This document shows, piece after piece, positions 14,501-37,804 of a stretch of 64,000 nt of DNA. Each line of letters opens with the position of its first letter. The stretch's first letter is position 1. Location of the stretch: assembly GCF_009914755.1 (NCBI RefSeq), contig NC_060925.1. One strand, given 5' to 3'. Source of the DNA: the human T2T-CHM13v2.0 reference genome, Homo sapiens. Both the position numbers and the translations under genes were made by a program. The notes under the pieces are model-generated. The model was not told the origin of the DNA. It made no database searches and saw nothing but the letters and a program-made list of their open reading frames with translations.

Positions 14501-16726
14501 TAAAAGAAAAACTCATGTCGGCCCCAGCCCTGGGGCTACCTGACCTAACAAAACCCTTTACACTCTATGTGTAGAAAGAGAAAATATGGCAGTTGGAATT
14601 TTAACCCAGACCGTATAGCCCTGGCCAAGGCCAGTGGCCTATCTCTCAAAACAACTAGATGGGGTTTCCAAAGTCTGGCCCCCATGTCTAAGGGCCCTGG
14701 CAGCAATGGCCCTGTTAGCACAAGAAGCAGATAAACTAACTCTTAGGCAAAACCTAAACACAAAATCCCCCCATGTTGTGGTGACTTTAATAAATACCAA
14801 ATGACATCATTAGCTAATGAATACTAGACTAACTAGATACCAAAGTTTGCTCTGTGAAAATCCCTGCGTAACCATTGAAGTTTACAACACCCTAAACCCT
14901 GCCACCTTGCTCCCGGTATCAGAGAGCCCAGTTGAACATAACTGTATAGAGGTAATGGACTCAGTTTATTCTAGTGAGCCCAACCTCTGAGACCATCCTT
15001 AAACATCAGTAGACTGGGAGCTGTACGTGGATGGGAGCAGCTTCGCCAACCCCTGCAAAGTGACTCTGAAGAAGATGACAAGCCCTGCTCCAGTCACACC
15101 CAAAAGCTGACTGGTCCACGCACGGCTGAAGCATGAGGAAACTCATCACGGGACTCATTTTCCTTAAAATTTGGACTTGCACAGTAAAGACTTCAACTGA
15201 CCTTCCTCAGACTGAGGGCTGTTCCCAGTGTATACATCAAGTCACTGAGGTAGGACAAAAGGTCGCTATGGTCCTGTTATTTTAGGGTTATTATAAGTGT
15301 ACTGGAACTCAAAAAAAAAAAAACAACTTGTTTATATAATGTTATTCTACACAAGGTATTTAGCCCAGGAAATGACCAACCTGATGTGTGTTATGACCCA
15401 TCTGAGCCTCCCATGACCACAGTTTTTAAGAGTGTGCCAGTACCAGAAATTCCAGGAAAAACAGGAAATTTGTTTTTGCAATTAGCAAAGCATATAGCGC
15501 AGTCTCTCAATGTCACTTCATGTTATGTATGTGGAGGAACTGTAATAGGAGATCAGTGGCCATAGGAAGCCAGAGGATTAGTACCTACAGACCCAGTTCC
15601 TGATGAATTCCCAGCTCAAAAAAAAATCACCCTGATAACTTCTAGGTCGTAAAAGCCTCAATCATTAGACAATACTGTATAGCAAGAGTGGGGAAGGACT
15701 TCACCCTTCCTGTAGGAAGACTTAGCTGCCTTAGGCCAAAACTATATAATAGTACTACAAAAACAGCGACCTAGTGGAGTTCAAACCATACTGGAAAAAA
15801 ATCCATTTACTAGATTCCCAAAGTTGCAAACTGTGTAGACCCACCTGGAGTCCCACTGGGACTGGACAGCCCCCACTGGATTATACTGGATATGTAGGCA
15901 TAGACCTTACACCAAATTACCCGACCAGTAGGCAGGTAGTTGTGTTATTGGCATTATTAAACCATCTTTCTTCCTACTGCCCATAAAGACAGGCGAACTC
16001 CTGGGCTTCCCTGTCTATGCTTCCTGCAAAAAGAGAAGCATAGCTATGAAAAAAATAAAAAAGATAATAAATGGCCCCCTGAGAGAATCATACAATATTA
16101 TAGGCCTGCTACTTAGGCACAAGAGGGCTCGTGGGGATACTGGACTCCCATTTACATGCTCAACTGAATCATACGGTTACAAGCTGTCTTAGAAATCATC
16201 ACTAGTAAGACCAACAGAGCCTTGACTATTCTGGCCTGGCAAGAAACTCAGATGAGAAATGCTATCTATCAAAATAGGTTGACTCTTGACTACTTACTAG
16301 CAGCTGAGAGAGAAGTCTGTAAAAAATTTAACCATACCAATTGCTGCCTGCACATAGATGATCGGGGCAAGTAGTCGAAGATATAGTTAAAGATATGATG
16401 AAATTGGCACATGTGCCTGTACAAGTGTGGCACAGATTTGACCCTGAGGCCATGTTTAAAAATGGTTCCCAGTGCTAGGAGGATTTAAAACTCTTATAAT
16501 AAAAATTATAGTAGTAATAGAAACCTGCTTACTGATCCCTTATTTACTACCTGCACTCATTCAAATGGTAAAAGGTTTCATCGCTACTCTAGTTCACCAG
16601 AATCCTTCAGCACAAGTGTATTACAATAAATCACTATCGATCTGTCATGCAGGAAGACATAGATGGTAAAGATAAAAGTGAGAACTCCCACTAATAAAAT
16701 GAGTGAGAGTCTCAAAGTGGGGGGAA

Positions 16727-17509
16727 TGAGGGAGAAGACCACCCCTCATATTGTCTTATGCCGAATTTCTGCCTTCAAAGAAAGAAGAAGTAAAAACTGA
16801 AAGGCAGAAATGAAATCCACAGGCAGACAGCCCGGCACCACGCCCTGGGCCTGGTAGTTAAAGATTGACCCCTGACCTAACTGGTTATGTTATCTATAGA
16901 TTCCAGACATTGTACAGAAAAACATTGTAAAAATCCCTGTCCTGTTTCGTTCTGATTGCCGGTGCATGAAGCCCCCAGTCACATACCCGCTGCTTGCTCA
17001 ATCAATCATGAACCTCTCACGCAGACCCCCTTAGAGTCATGAGCCCTTAAAAGGGACAGGAATTGCTCACTCAGGGAGCATGGCTCTTGAGACAGGAGTC
17101 TTGCTGATGGTCCCAGCCGAATAAACCCCTTCCTTCTTTTTTTTTTTTTTTTTTTTTTTTTGAGCCAGAGTCTCACTCTCGCCCAGGCTGGAGTGCAGTG
17201 GCACGATCTCGGTTCACTGCAAGCTCCGCCTCCCAGGTTCATGCCATTCTCCTGCCTCAGCCTCCTGAGTAGCTGGGACTACAGGCGCCTGCCACCATGC
17301 CCAGCTAATTTTTTTTTTTTTTTGTATTTTTAGTGAAGATGGGGTTTCACCATATTAGCCAGGATGGTCTCAATCTCCTGACTTCGTGATGCACCCGCCG
17401 CAGCCTCCCAAAGTGCTGGGATTATAGGTGTGAGCCACTGCACCCGGCCAACCCCTTCCTTCTTTAACTCGGTGTGTGAGGAGTTTTGTCTGTGGCTCGT
17501 CCTGCTACA
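16727..17509 (+). repeat. 3' LTR2, interrupted by AluY
   Basis: PPT aaagtggggggaa, then tgagggagaagaccacccctc ... cctgctaca. Confidence 0.9.
17140..17449 (-). mobile_element. AluY inside the 3' LTR
   Basis: TSD aaccccttccttcttt at 17124-17139 and 17450-17465; aagctccgcctcc and ccaggatggtctc motifs. Confidence 0.93.
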
Positions 17510-20500
17510 ATTTCACCTGTGGACTGGATAGAAGTATAAGATTCACGATTTCAACTTTTGACTGCCTACAGATGTGAGATTAAGAATCTCCAGTTGCCCC
17601 TGGAGGTAATCTGCAGGTGGTATTTCATATGTGCATGTTTTCAAAAGAAATACATAGAATGAGAAGATAAAAATTAACAGAGGGACATAAAAGACATTAT
17701 GAGTGTAGGTAAACAAAACTCACCATTTCAAAGATAATCATTTTCCCCAAAATTAATCTATAAATACATTGCTATGACATCAAAAGGTCAATATGCTTTG
17801 TTTTTGGAAGAAGAGATCAAAACAAAAAATACTATAATGCATCTGAAAGGTTAAATATACATATAAAATCAGCCAAGACATTTGTGAATTATAAAAGCAA
17901 CAGGAATAACTATCATTACCTGGCACTAATGTATATTATGAAACTCTAATATTGTAATAATTGACAAAGATCAAGAACCAGAATATGCACAAAATCCACA
18001 GATGGATCCAAATAAATGTAAAAATAATTTGTATGTTGCAAGTGGCTTTTAAGAGCAATAAAGAGACAGATATATATCCAAGCACATCATAAATAACACT
18101 AAATGCAAATGTGTTAACCCAATTCAAAGGTTAATGTTAAAAGGAGGCAACAGCCACGTGGCCAAAGACAAAGCTCCCAACTCTCCTTCTGCCCACGAAT
18201 ACAATGAATACACATCTATTCAGGCTCAATTCCCTCTGGGAGAAAGTCATAAATAAGTTAAGACTCCTAAGCAGTGGAAATCTGGAAAAAAAAACCATAC
18301 ATGAGTAGAAAATACCAAAACACAATTGGGCACTGTAGTGCCTGCCCTAGGCACTACAACATACAATTGGAAAGGAACCCCCAACACTCTTTCAACACAC
18401 TGAGAAATGTAGGGTATGGACCATATATATGGGAGCCAACCTGTAAAGTTCCCCGTGGTTCAGCTCTTAATTTATCTAGCTCTGGGAGTATAAGAGACTA
18501 AGATCCATGAGTCTATATAGAAAACAGAACAAAATGGCAGTTTTCTATGATCACACAAGTGCTTGAAAGGCTTTATCTCCCAAGATATGGGCAATGAAGG
18601 GCTTAAAACTCAAAGGCATCAGTTTCTCCCTAGAAGGGATGTTCAAGCTTGCTGATGCTGACAAATGAGCTTCTACCTATTCTGCATTAGGAAGACAATG
18701 GGGCCAACAAATAGTAACCTCTGGCAGCCTGAGTAGGAGCTTACCACTTCTTGAGCCCTGCTCCCCAGCTCACCTCACTAATAACTTCAGATCTCCCAGT
18801 TCCTCCTGGATGGTATTTTACATGTGCTTCAATATTTACATTTTCCATTTCAGGAACTATATGCTAAACCTCCAAACTCTGAAAGTGCAGGAGACAGGGC
18901 AAGTGTGAGTCTTACTAGATCACAAAAGGAGTGGAATCAAATTGGTATGCAAGCACTTCCAAGGGCTACAACCCTCATAAGTAGTGCAGAGAAGGGGCTA
19001 ACAGGCACAGCTCCATTTCTCCTGGGAAGGGATTAACAACAAACTCTTCCAGTGGCTACCTGATGGCCTGGCTTCTAACTAATTTGCATCACAGGGTCAA
19101 AGGGGCAAAGAGTAGACTTCTAGCAGCCTGAGCAGACACTGAAATCTTTCTGAGCCTTCCCTCATAGCTCACCACAGTGATAAATAAAGTTCTACTACTT
19201 ATTCTTTCTGTAGTTTTTCCACACACCAAGTGCTACAACTTCTTTGGCTCCCCTAAGAGACTGTAGCCTTAATCACCTATCATTGGCAGTGAATTGGCTT
19301 TGCATTCTTGAGTTTCCCTGTGCAAAAGAAAGCAGAGGTGGCCACACAACAGGCTCATTTTCTACAACTCTCTCCCCAGGATCACAAGGTGTCATGTGAA
19401 TTTAGCTGCATAAATTGTAGAAACATTACTGTCTTGGGGGTAATGATAGAATGTGATACATCTTATTCTCCTGGCAGCCAACAAACATAGAGACAAGCAC
19501 AAATATGAAAGATACCTTAGAATCTCTGGCCACATAAACTGCTGAAATTTTTCTGTCATGTCAGTGTGACAAGAGAGGGTGGAGCAGTTTCCTTATATAA
19601 TGTGCAGAAACCAACACAGAGAGTCAAAGAAAATAAAGGAACAAGAAAATATGTTCCAAAAAAGGAACAAGACAAAAATGTCCTATAACCAACCCTAGTG
19701 AAAGGAAACTATGTAATTTACACAATACGGAATTAAAACAATGGTCTCAAAGATGTTCAACAAGATCAGGAGAGCAATGCAAGAAGAAACTGAGAATTTC
19801 ACACAAAAAAAGATAGAAAGTATAAAAATAGTACAAAGAGAAATTATAGAGCTGAAGAATACTGTCACTAAATTGAAAAATTTAATAGACATGTTTTACA
19901 GCAGACTAATTCAAAGACAGGATGAGTAACTCAAAGGCTGGTCACTGGAAATCATGCAATCTGAGGAGCAAACACTTTTTAAAATGAAAGAGTAAAGGTA
20001 GGTTAAGGGACTCATGGCATGCTATCAAGTTGAAAAACTTATACATTATTCATATGATAGAAGAGAGAGAAAAAGATAGTAAAGATATTCAGAGAAATAA
20101 TGGCAGAAAATTTCTTAACCTTGGGAAAGTAAATAGAAATCCACATCCAGGGAGCCTGAAGGGCATCAAATAAGATGAATCCACAGAGACCAACCCAACC
20201 AAGACATATCATAGTCAGATTGTTAAAAGTGAAGACAAAGTGAAAATTTGAAAGCATTGAGAAGGTGGCTTGTTGTTTATAAGTGAACCCCTAGAAGGCT
20301 ACAGCATATTTTTCAGCAAAAATCTTGAAGATCAGAGGGAGTGGGATGATATAAAAAAAAAAAACCAACCAAGAATAATATTTTCAGCAATCTTGTCTTT
20401 CAAAAATGAAGGGGAGAGAAACTTTCTCAGCAAAATAAAAGGTGGGGAAGTGTATTGCCACTGGACCTGCCTGGCAAAAAATGCTGAAGGGATTCTTCAA

Positions 20501-21227
20501 GCTGAAGAAAGAGGACAATAATTAGTAACATGAAAATATATGAAAGTATATAACTCACTGGAAAAGGAAGTAAATGGTCAAAATTAAAATTCTACCATTA
20601 CACAATATTAGTGTTTTCATAGCAGTGAGTATCACAATTATTCCTCTTGTACAAGTGTTAAAAGACAAAACAAATTCAGTAAAAATGAATGATATAAAAT
20701 CAAAATACAGAACTTATGTCTATACATTAACAAGCTACATAAAAAAGAAATTAAGAAAACAACTCCATTTACAACAGCATTAAAAAACACTCACGTGAAA
20801 ATTTAAGAAAATGAACAATGTCCTTGTTGAACTCTATACAACATAGATTTAAAAAATTAAAGGTGACACAAATAATGGAATGACATCCCATGTTCATGGG
20901 TTGCAAGAATTAGCATTGTTAAAATATCCATACTATGCACAACAATATATAGATTTTATGCAATTCCAATGAAAATTCCAATGCTACTCCTTATAGAAAT
21001 AGAAAAAGTAGAAAAAATAGAAACAAAGTCCTAAAATTTGCATAAAACCAAAATAAATAAAAAATAACCAAAGCAACATTGAGCAAAAAGAACAAAGCTG
21101 GAGGCATCATCCTACATGTTTCAAAATATATTAAAAAGCTATCGTGATCAAAATGGTATGGTACTGGTATAAAAACAAACACAATGTCCAACACAATAAA
21201 AAGATTACATAGAAATAAATCCACATA

Positions 21228-21520
21228 GGCCAGGCATGAAAGCTCATGCCTATAATCCCAGAACTTTGAAAGGCCAAGGCAGGTGGAGTCCAGCTTGGGC
21301 AACATGGAGAAATCCTGTCTCTACAAAAAAAAAATACAAAAATTAGCCAGGCATGTTGGTAAATGCCTGTAGGCCCAGCTACTTTGGAGGCTGAGGAAAG
21401 AGGATCATTTGAGCCCAGGATGCAGAGGTTGCAGTGACCCAAGATCATGCCACTGCACTCCAGCATGGTGTGACACTCTGGGTGACAGAGTGAGATCCTG
21501 TTTCAAAAAAAAAAAAAAAG
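21228..21520 (+). mobile_element. AluJ with internal deletion
   Basis: ggccaggcatg...tttgagcccagg...poly-A; imperfect flanking repeat agaaa(t/g)aaatccac. Confidence 0.85.
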
Positions 21521-21630
21521 AGAGAGAGAAAGAAATCCACGTGTCTGGAACCAACTGATTTTTTAACAAGGTTACAAAGAACACAAAATAAGGTTGGAGG
21601 TGGGGGCGGTTTCTTCAATAAACCAAGTTA

Positions 21631-21870
<240 letters not shown>

Positions 21871-24800
21871 TCAACTCAAAATGGATTAAAAACTTAAAAG
21901 TAAGACATGAAACTATAAAATGACTAAGCAAAAAAAAAAAAAGGGGGGGGTGGGCAGAGAAAGCTCCAACACAATGGCCAGGGCAATAATTTTCTGAATA
22001 TGACCTCAAAAGCACAGGCAACAAGAGCAATAATAAATGCAATTTCTGTCACTTATAAGCATCTAAAAGACAAGGGTCTTTTAAATAAGTGTTGTCTCCT
22101 TAACTCCACAGGTCTATTTATTCATCTCAGTGCTAGGTCTACACTACAGGATTGGATCTGAGGTGTTCTGTGCACACACTGATAGTTCCAGATCTAAGAG
22201 AGGAAGTGCATGCCAGCACAACCCTGAAGAAAGAAAAACTAGAGCCCATGCCCAACCTCTTGTGACCCTTCACTGTAAGGCAGGCTTTGACTGAGATGTT
22301 TATCCTCACCAGGTGCCTATCTTTAATGTCATGGCTATATTGTATTCTTCTTTCAATATACTGTAGATTCCTCAATGTATTTATTTTGGGTTCTCTGCCC
22401 TGATATCAAGACATAAAGTTGATTTTTAAAATATTGACCTACATTTAGTAAGCTTTTATTCTCATTTAGCCATTCTGCAAATTATCTGTAGATTATATTA
22501 ACTGCATAATCATAAATTTTATACCTTTATCTATTTCACAGTCTAAAACTTAAAGTATGATGGTCTGTTATATCTGAATATGCTAGGCATACTTGAATTG
22601 TTCCCAGCCAAAAATGCTTTAAACATTTCATCTATATGTATGAAGGAAGCTATCTTCTATTTCTAGTTTTCATGAGTTCCTACAATTATGAGTAGTTGGT
22701 TGAATTTTTATGAAGGCATCTTATTCATCAATTGAACTAATCATTTATTGTTTTTCTTGTATCATAATGAATAAACCAAGGCTATAAATTACTTCTAATC
22801 ATGGGTTAGCTGAAATGCACTTTTTAAATATATCTTAGTAGCCTTTATATTTATATATTTTCTAATTTCCACTTGATATATTTTTGTAGCTTATTGCCAG
22901 TTCATTTATAACACAGAAATGATTAACGCCACATCATAGTTAGAAAGCTGAAAGGTTAAGTTTTAGGTTTGTTGCCTAATATCCCAGAGTGACTGAAGAA
23001 GTTTCCATCCTTGCCACATTCTTACTTTTCTGTGGAAACGGTTATCTCCAGGGACTCTTGTCTCCAATTCCATGGTGTAACCAGCCTACCTACTGTGGAA
23101 GCCTATCAAGGGAAGACACCTCTTTGGTGTTAATTTAATGTATCAAGATGCATAAACACAGAATTTGGAGCACATCATGACCTTAATTATGTCAACGCAT
23201 TTCCATGGATTTATAATATGCCTCAAATGTACACAATTTTAAGTTAGTTGAATGACTAAGCTAGTTGAATGACTCCCTGCACACTGAGGATTTCTCACAT
23301 ATTAGGTTTGACAAGTGTCTGTTACCTAATGTGTGTCCATGAGAACACACACTACATGCAGTCTCAAATTACAGTTTCTCAGTGAACCAGAAGGGACCAC
23401 AGCATGGAACTTATTGGCTTTGAATCCCAGCTCCCTGATTTTATTTTAAAAAGTAATAATACTGGGAGTCTGTGCAGGAATGGAAGGAGTCATCACTGCT
23501 CCAAACATCCTGGGCCCATTGTTAGAGGGTCTCAGGACTGCATCCCTATGCTTGGGGGCCCAGAACAGCCTGTTAGGTCCTAGAAATGAGTAGTGTAGAG
23601 ACCTGGGGTGTAGGTAAGCATTTATTGAGCACTTGCAGTGATAACTTTGTCCAGGACAAGAGGCAGTCAGCCCATTTCATTCTGTTCAGAGGCCTGCATA
23701 TAGGACCTGTGCTTAACACCTACTCCACCACAAACAGGCTCAGATGAGGTAGGTTGTGGCAAAATACTGCCTTTTTTCCCAAAGGGCAAGGCATGATGTG
23801 TCTTCTCAGCTTAGGAGGGAATCAGGCCCTGCTCAATGGGCAACACTAGGTTTCTCCTCAGAAATTCTTAGGGGCTGGGGACTGACTTTCATTAGATCAG
23901 CATCAGGGTTGAGGGTCGCCACATATTTCCCTACCCTCACCATACCCTTCTGCCCCATCAGCTCCCTGCCTCAACACCTTTTTCTTGGCTGCGTCTCTAT
24001 AGAACCATCCCTCCATGCAGCCCATTCTCTGAGGAACCTCCTTGCCCTCTTGCCTCCAGTCCCCTTCAGGAGCTCGGTTCTCTGCTCACTCCTTCTGGGC
24101 CATCCTTACCTCTTGCATGCTCTGGACTTGGGCAGGTCTTGACCTACACTTTTCTAGTTCCTGCTTCAGTCTGTGTAGGAAGGGATGAGGTAGAAGGGTG
24201 GGATGGGAAAATGAAGAGTGGGAAGAAATGGAGAAGCATCAGTGGGTGTGCAGACACACAGAATGTGGAGCAGGAGGAAGAGACCTCTTTGGGGCACATT
24301 CCTGGGGAGGGATGGCATGTGAGGGTTCCTCACCCACCTCTGCTGCAGCTGCGGCTGGTGCTGGGTGGTGGCTGACAGGTGCTCAGCCTTTTTATCCTCT
24401 TGGAACAGCTCCCTGGGGCTCCAGTAGATTGTCAGTACCTGTTACTTCCTAATTGCTCCCTCCTACCACTGAATCTTTAACAGGGGCAGTCTCCTGGCTG
24501 AGAAAGTCACTCAGAAATCCTGTGATCACTCTTGATCTTAGTTTTGAGGACTGGCTGATTTCTTTGTAGTTTCTGTCTTCTACTGAGTGAAATACACCTC
24601 TTACTAACTGGTGTTTCTATAATCTCTTGTGCTATGTGATTGTGGTGGGGTTGCAAGCTTGGCGTCCCGTCCTTCCCTTTCTGACTTGCAGGGGCCTGAT
24701 CGCTAGCTGGGGATCACAGCTGTGGTTTGAAAATATTCAACATTCTTTGACAATAAAAACTTTCAGCTAAGTATAGAAAAGGATACAGTCAAATTGGTAA

Positions 24801-24999
24801 AGAATACATGAAAAACCCACAGCTAACATCATTCTTAATGGTGAAAGCCTGTGTAAGTATTTCCTAAGATAAAAAAACAATATATCCACTGTCACATCTA
24901 CTTATCATTGTACAAAATTGAGGTGCTAGTCAGGACAATTTGGCAACAAGCAAAATTGAAATGCATCTATTTTGAAAAGGATTATTATACTTTTTTGTT

Positions 25000-25302
25000 T
25001 GTTTGTTTGTTTTGTTTTGTTTTGTTTTTTGAGACAGAGTCTTACTCTGTCACCCAGGCTGGAGTGCAATGGCATGATCTCGGCTCACTGCAACCTACAT
25101 CTCCTGGGTTCAAGCGATTCTTGTGCCTCAGCCTCTGAGTAGCTGGGAGTACAGGTGCACGCCACCATGCGCAGCTAATTTTTGTATTTTTAGTAGAGAC
25201 AAAGTTGGCCAGGCTGGTCTTGAACATCTGGCCTCAAGTGATCCACCTGCCTCGGCCTCCTAAAGTGCTGGGATTACAGGTGTGAGCCACTGCGCCTGGC
25301 CA
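25000..25302 (-). mobile_element. AluS
   Basis: (GTTT)n/(GTTTT)n tail plus Alu body. Confidence 0.9.
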
Positions 25303-25855
25303 GTATTACGTACACTTATTTTTATTTGCACTTGACCTGATCTTGTATTTAGAAAATCATAAGGAATTCACAACCTTAGAATAAAAAAGTTCAGTATGGT
25401 AACAGGATACAAGATCAGTATACAAAATTAATTGTATTTCTTGACATAAAAAATGAACAATACATAAAAGAAACAATTTTAGTTGCAATAGTATCAAAAG
25501 CCAAACAAAAATAATTTTAACAAAAGCAGTGAAAACTGGAACACTGAACATTACAATTCAAGGCTAGTGTTGTAAACACCTAAGACTCATCTCTGAGCCT
25601 CCTCCTCTTGGCTCTGACCACTTTACTTTCTTAGGGGGAGAAAAGTAATTGCACTTTTTGCGTTTATATTCGAGGTGGACTTAACACTTGGAAATGTGTA
25701 TTAAACTCTCCCTTTTTATAGAAAGAACACTGAGACCCATCAAGACAGATTTTAGCAATCCTTATCAAAGAGGGCAAAATACAAAGCCTCTCAGCCTCAA
25801 CCTATTACTGCACCAAAGTCAAGATCACATAAACCTGGATGACTCCACCTCAGCA

Positions 25856-26253
<398 letters not shown>

Positions 26254-27654
26254 AGCATTTCCCTTTGAACAGGAAAAGTGGTAGTGGAAACTATGAGAAA
26301 CCCGTGTGGAACTTCTTGTCTAAAGCAGGGAAGGAAAAGCAAAGTTCAAGTCTGTCTCATAAAAGAACTAAGTAAAGCTTGGGTGAAATGGGACCAATGG
26401 AATTTCAAAGTATGGATAAAAATTTATCAGATACATGGAGTATGAACTGGCTGAAGAATTATGGGGTAGATTTACCTCCATGACTCTGCCTTTGCCTCTG
26501 CTATTTTGCCCCATGATATACACTAGAGCAGTTTTTCCAGCTAAGATAATCCATTGAAGACACCCAAATTAGTTTACTGGGTAAGAACAAAATCTTTTTA
26601 ATGGATTCAAAGACGGTTAACACATTAATTTCTGCTTCAATAAACTTACAAAAATACAGACAATTCTTCATGCATTAGGGTGCACCTGTTGTAAACAGAC
26701 ATCTGGTCTATAACCATAATACCTTTAATATATTAAAGCTAATTATTAATATTAATATCAACCACTTGGTCTACATTCAAATCTCCTAATTCTTGCCATA
26801 ATATCACGGGTTATCAATCCAGGATTTAATAAATAAACAAAATTCCACAGCACTGTCATATGGACAAAGAGCAGTCTTGATCCATCAGGTCCTGATCTAC
26901 AGGGAGCAAGACAGACTCTCTGGTTCAGTTCAAATCCCACCATCTTTCCTTTGGAAGTCCAGAAATCTGTCCTCTCCCACTGCTTCTCTGCAGGTGTAGA
27001 GTTGGATTCTGTGTCCCTGAAGGTCGCTATGCATAGGTGAAAGAGGAGCCACTGGGGATTCAGGGGAGCCTGGATATTGGAACAGGTGTGCCACCACTTG
27101 GTGGGAGTAGAAGCACAGCTGGATCTCAGACAAGATGGGGCCTGATTAGCAGGTGCAAACCATAGACCTGGGCCAGGGCTGAGGAAAGGGTGACTCCATC
27201 GGTGCTACAATGGCTGCTTTGCCAGAAGACAGTAACTTCTCTCAGAAAGTTCCTAAATTATTAGAGTGGGCTGTAGTGTAAAGCAAACAAATCACACATA
27301 CAATGGCTTGAGAGATCAGGTATTTAAAGCACAAAGGGGAATTTCTTGGGAGTGGAGGTGGAAAGATCTCTACACTATTTAATTCCTCCTTTCTTAAATC
27401 AGTGACCAGGTCCAAACTAATGGCTCCCCGGTCACTCTGGAGGTCAGCTGAACTTCAGTCCTACAAGGCATAATAAATCAGGAAGGACCATCAAGACTAT
27501 TGTTGTGAAGCCTGTAAATAATGTTCATCACTTCTATCCACATTATCCTATACAACTCTGTTTTACATGGTCCCAACCACAACACTGGAATGCCCAGAAA
27601 TGTAGACAAAGTCTGTGTCCTAGATAAAAGGGAATGCTTTTTGAAGAATAATAT

Positions 27655-29318
<1,664 letters not shown>

Positions 29319-29395
29319 CTGAAGTAAGAAAAAAAATCATATGTATGAACCACACATAAGTATTTCCTATGAGATGCTCATGTAAAGGTAAATAA

Positions 29396-29707
<312 letters not shown>

Positions 29708-29844
29708 AAGGTAAATAACTTTCTATCCTAGTGCCATAAGATTTCATAAAAATCAATGGGTACTCTTTTTATAAGTATGTGGATTCTTTTTCTATTGAGT
29801 TAATTACACTAATAGATTATCTAATGCTAAATTGTTTTTCTTGC

Positions 29845-30156
<312 letters not shown>

Positions 30157-30817
30157 TTTAAATTCATGTAGAAATATTTAGTAAAAAATTCACTTAGTGT
30201 CTTGTATTTTTCAACTAAGTGCTCTTGACCTGCCATTTGCATTACCTATTCATTTTACCTATTTTCTTCTTATAACACTGGACCTCTCATGCTGGTATTT
30301 TTCTCATTCTTCTGCTTTAAAGATGAGAAGGTTTTCCTAGATCGGCTACTTGTAGGAGCAGGAGAGGGTTATTTGCCTCTCAACTAAGCAGGTAAAATGT
30401 GATACCCAGAAATCCCTTGTTCTCCTCCCAACTTCAGGACCACCCCCTTTGCATACCCCTATACTGGGTCCTCCTCACTTTCATGATTTCTGATGCTGTA
30501 TACACAATTCTAACTGCTGGACTTCTCAGATTCTTATCAATTCCCTAGGTGACCTCATTCATAAGTGTGGCTTTAAATACCAACTTTCACCTCCTGAGAC
30601 TCAAATTTGTATCTCCAATAGTGATGTCCACTCTCTAAAATTATATATCTACCTACACATTATATGTTAAATTTGGAAAACAGCTTCTCAAATATAAGCT
30701 ATACCAAAGTGAAGTGTACTCAGGGTTTTATGTCAAAGGACTCAGATTTCCATTTGAAACTGAAGTTCAAAGTTAACATTTTTTTATCTCTTCATGAAAG
30801 CACTTCAAAAACACCAG

Positions 30818-36900
<6,083 letters not shown>

Positions 36901-36969
36901 CCTTTAAAAAGTCAACATCTGCTGGGTTTTCCTCTTCTCCATCTCCCTGCACTATATGTAATCACTAAC

Positions 36970-37052
36970 CTGGGAGGCTCTGGTGTCCTCTACCATCCAA
37001 GGTTCTCCTTGCTCCAGGTTGAAGATCACCTCAGGTTTGGTAATGTGGTACC
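36970..37052 (-). pseudogene. KRAB-B exon, 83 bp, frameshifted
   Basis: attaacag|GGTACCAC...CCTCCCAG|gttagt; GYHITKPEVIFNLEQGEPWMVED; length is not a multiple of 3. Confidence 0.9.
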
Positions 37053-37076
37053 CTGTTAATAAAAAATGTGAGACTA

Positions 37077-37287
37077 GGCCAGGCGCAGTGGCTCACACCT
37101 GTAATCCCAGCACTTTGGGAGGCTGAGGCGGGCAGATCATGAGGTCAGGAGATCGAGACCATCCTGGCTGACACAGTGAAACCTCATCTCTACTAAAAAT
37201 ACAAAAAATTAGCCGGGCATGGTGGCAGGCACCTGTAGTCCCAGCTACTCGGGAGGTTGAGGCAGGAGAATGGTGTGAACCTGGGAA
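37077..37287 (+). mobile_element. AluY, 3'-truncated
   Basis: Ends abruptly at ggtgtgaacctggga with no tail. Confidence 0.88.
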
Positions 37288-37490
37288 CTGCAAAATCAGG
37301 TCCTTTGAAGAATGACAACAGCTTGGATTCAGGAGCTGTGCAGTGAAAGGGCCAGTTTGAACCTTTCATTAGAGGGGGCTGACACGTTACTCATGATCTG
37401 GAATATTAAATAACATTAAACTGTATACGTGTCCATATACTTACTAGCAGAGAAGAAAGCACTTGCTCCTGGGAGTTATTGTGATATTCA

Positions 37491-37661
<171 letters not shown>

Positions 37662-37804
37662 TCACAAGAACAAGAATCATGGAGACCACTCTTCTCTGTG
37701 TGTCTTATATACATGTCATATAAGATGGAGTTTGCTTTGTAGTCTATATGGTGTGAGAAAGAAAAATCATGGTAGAAATATCCTCAAGTGTAATCATTTA
37801 ATTA

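Larger units (their letters stand above)
10185..17509 (+). mobile_element. Harlequin (HERV-E/HERV-IP mosaic) provirus with two LTR2s, non-coding
   Basis: Two homologous LTRs, TSD attt (10181-10184, 17510-17513), PBS and PPT; gag MA fragment, HERV-IP-type env piece (~13100-14480), HERV-E pol piece ([15 protein letters not shown]...LYVDGSS) and HERV-E-type env ([19 protein letters not shown]). Confidence 0.9.

Noticed and set aside
8425-16700. Domesticated, syncytin-like env
   Set aside because: All three env segments have multiple stops, frameshifts and deletions.
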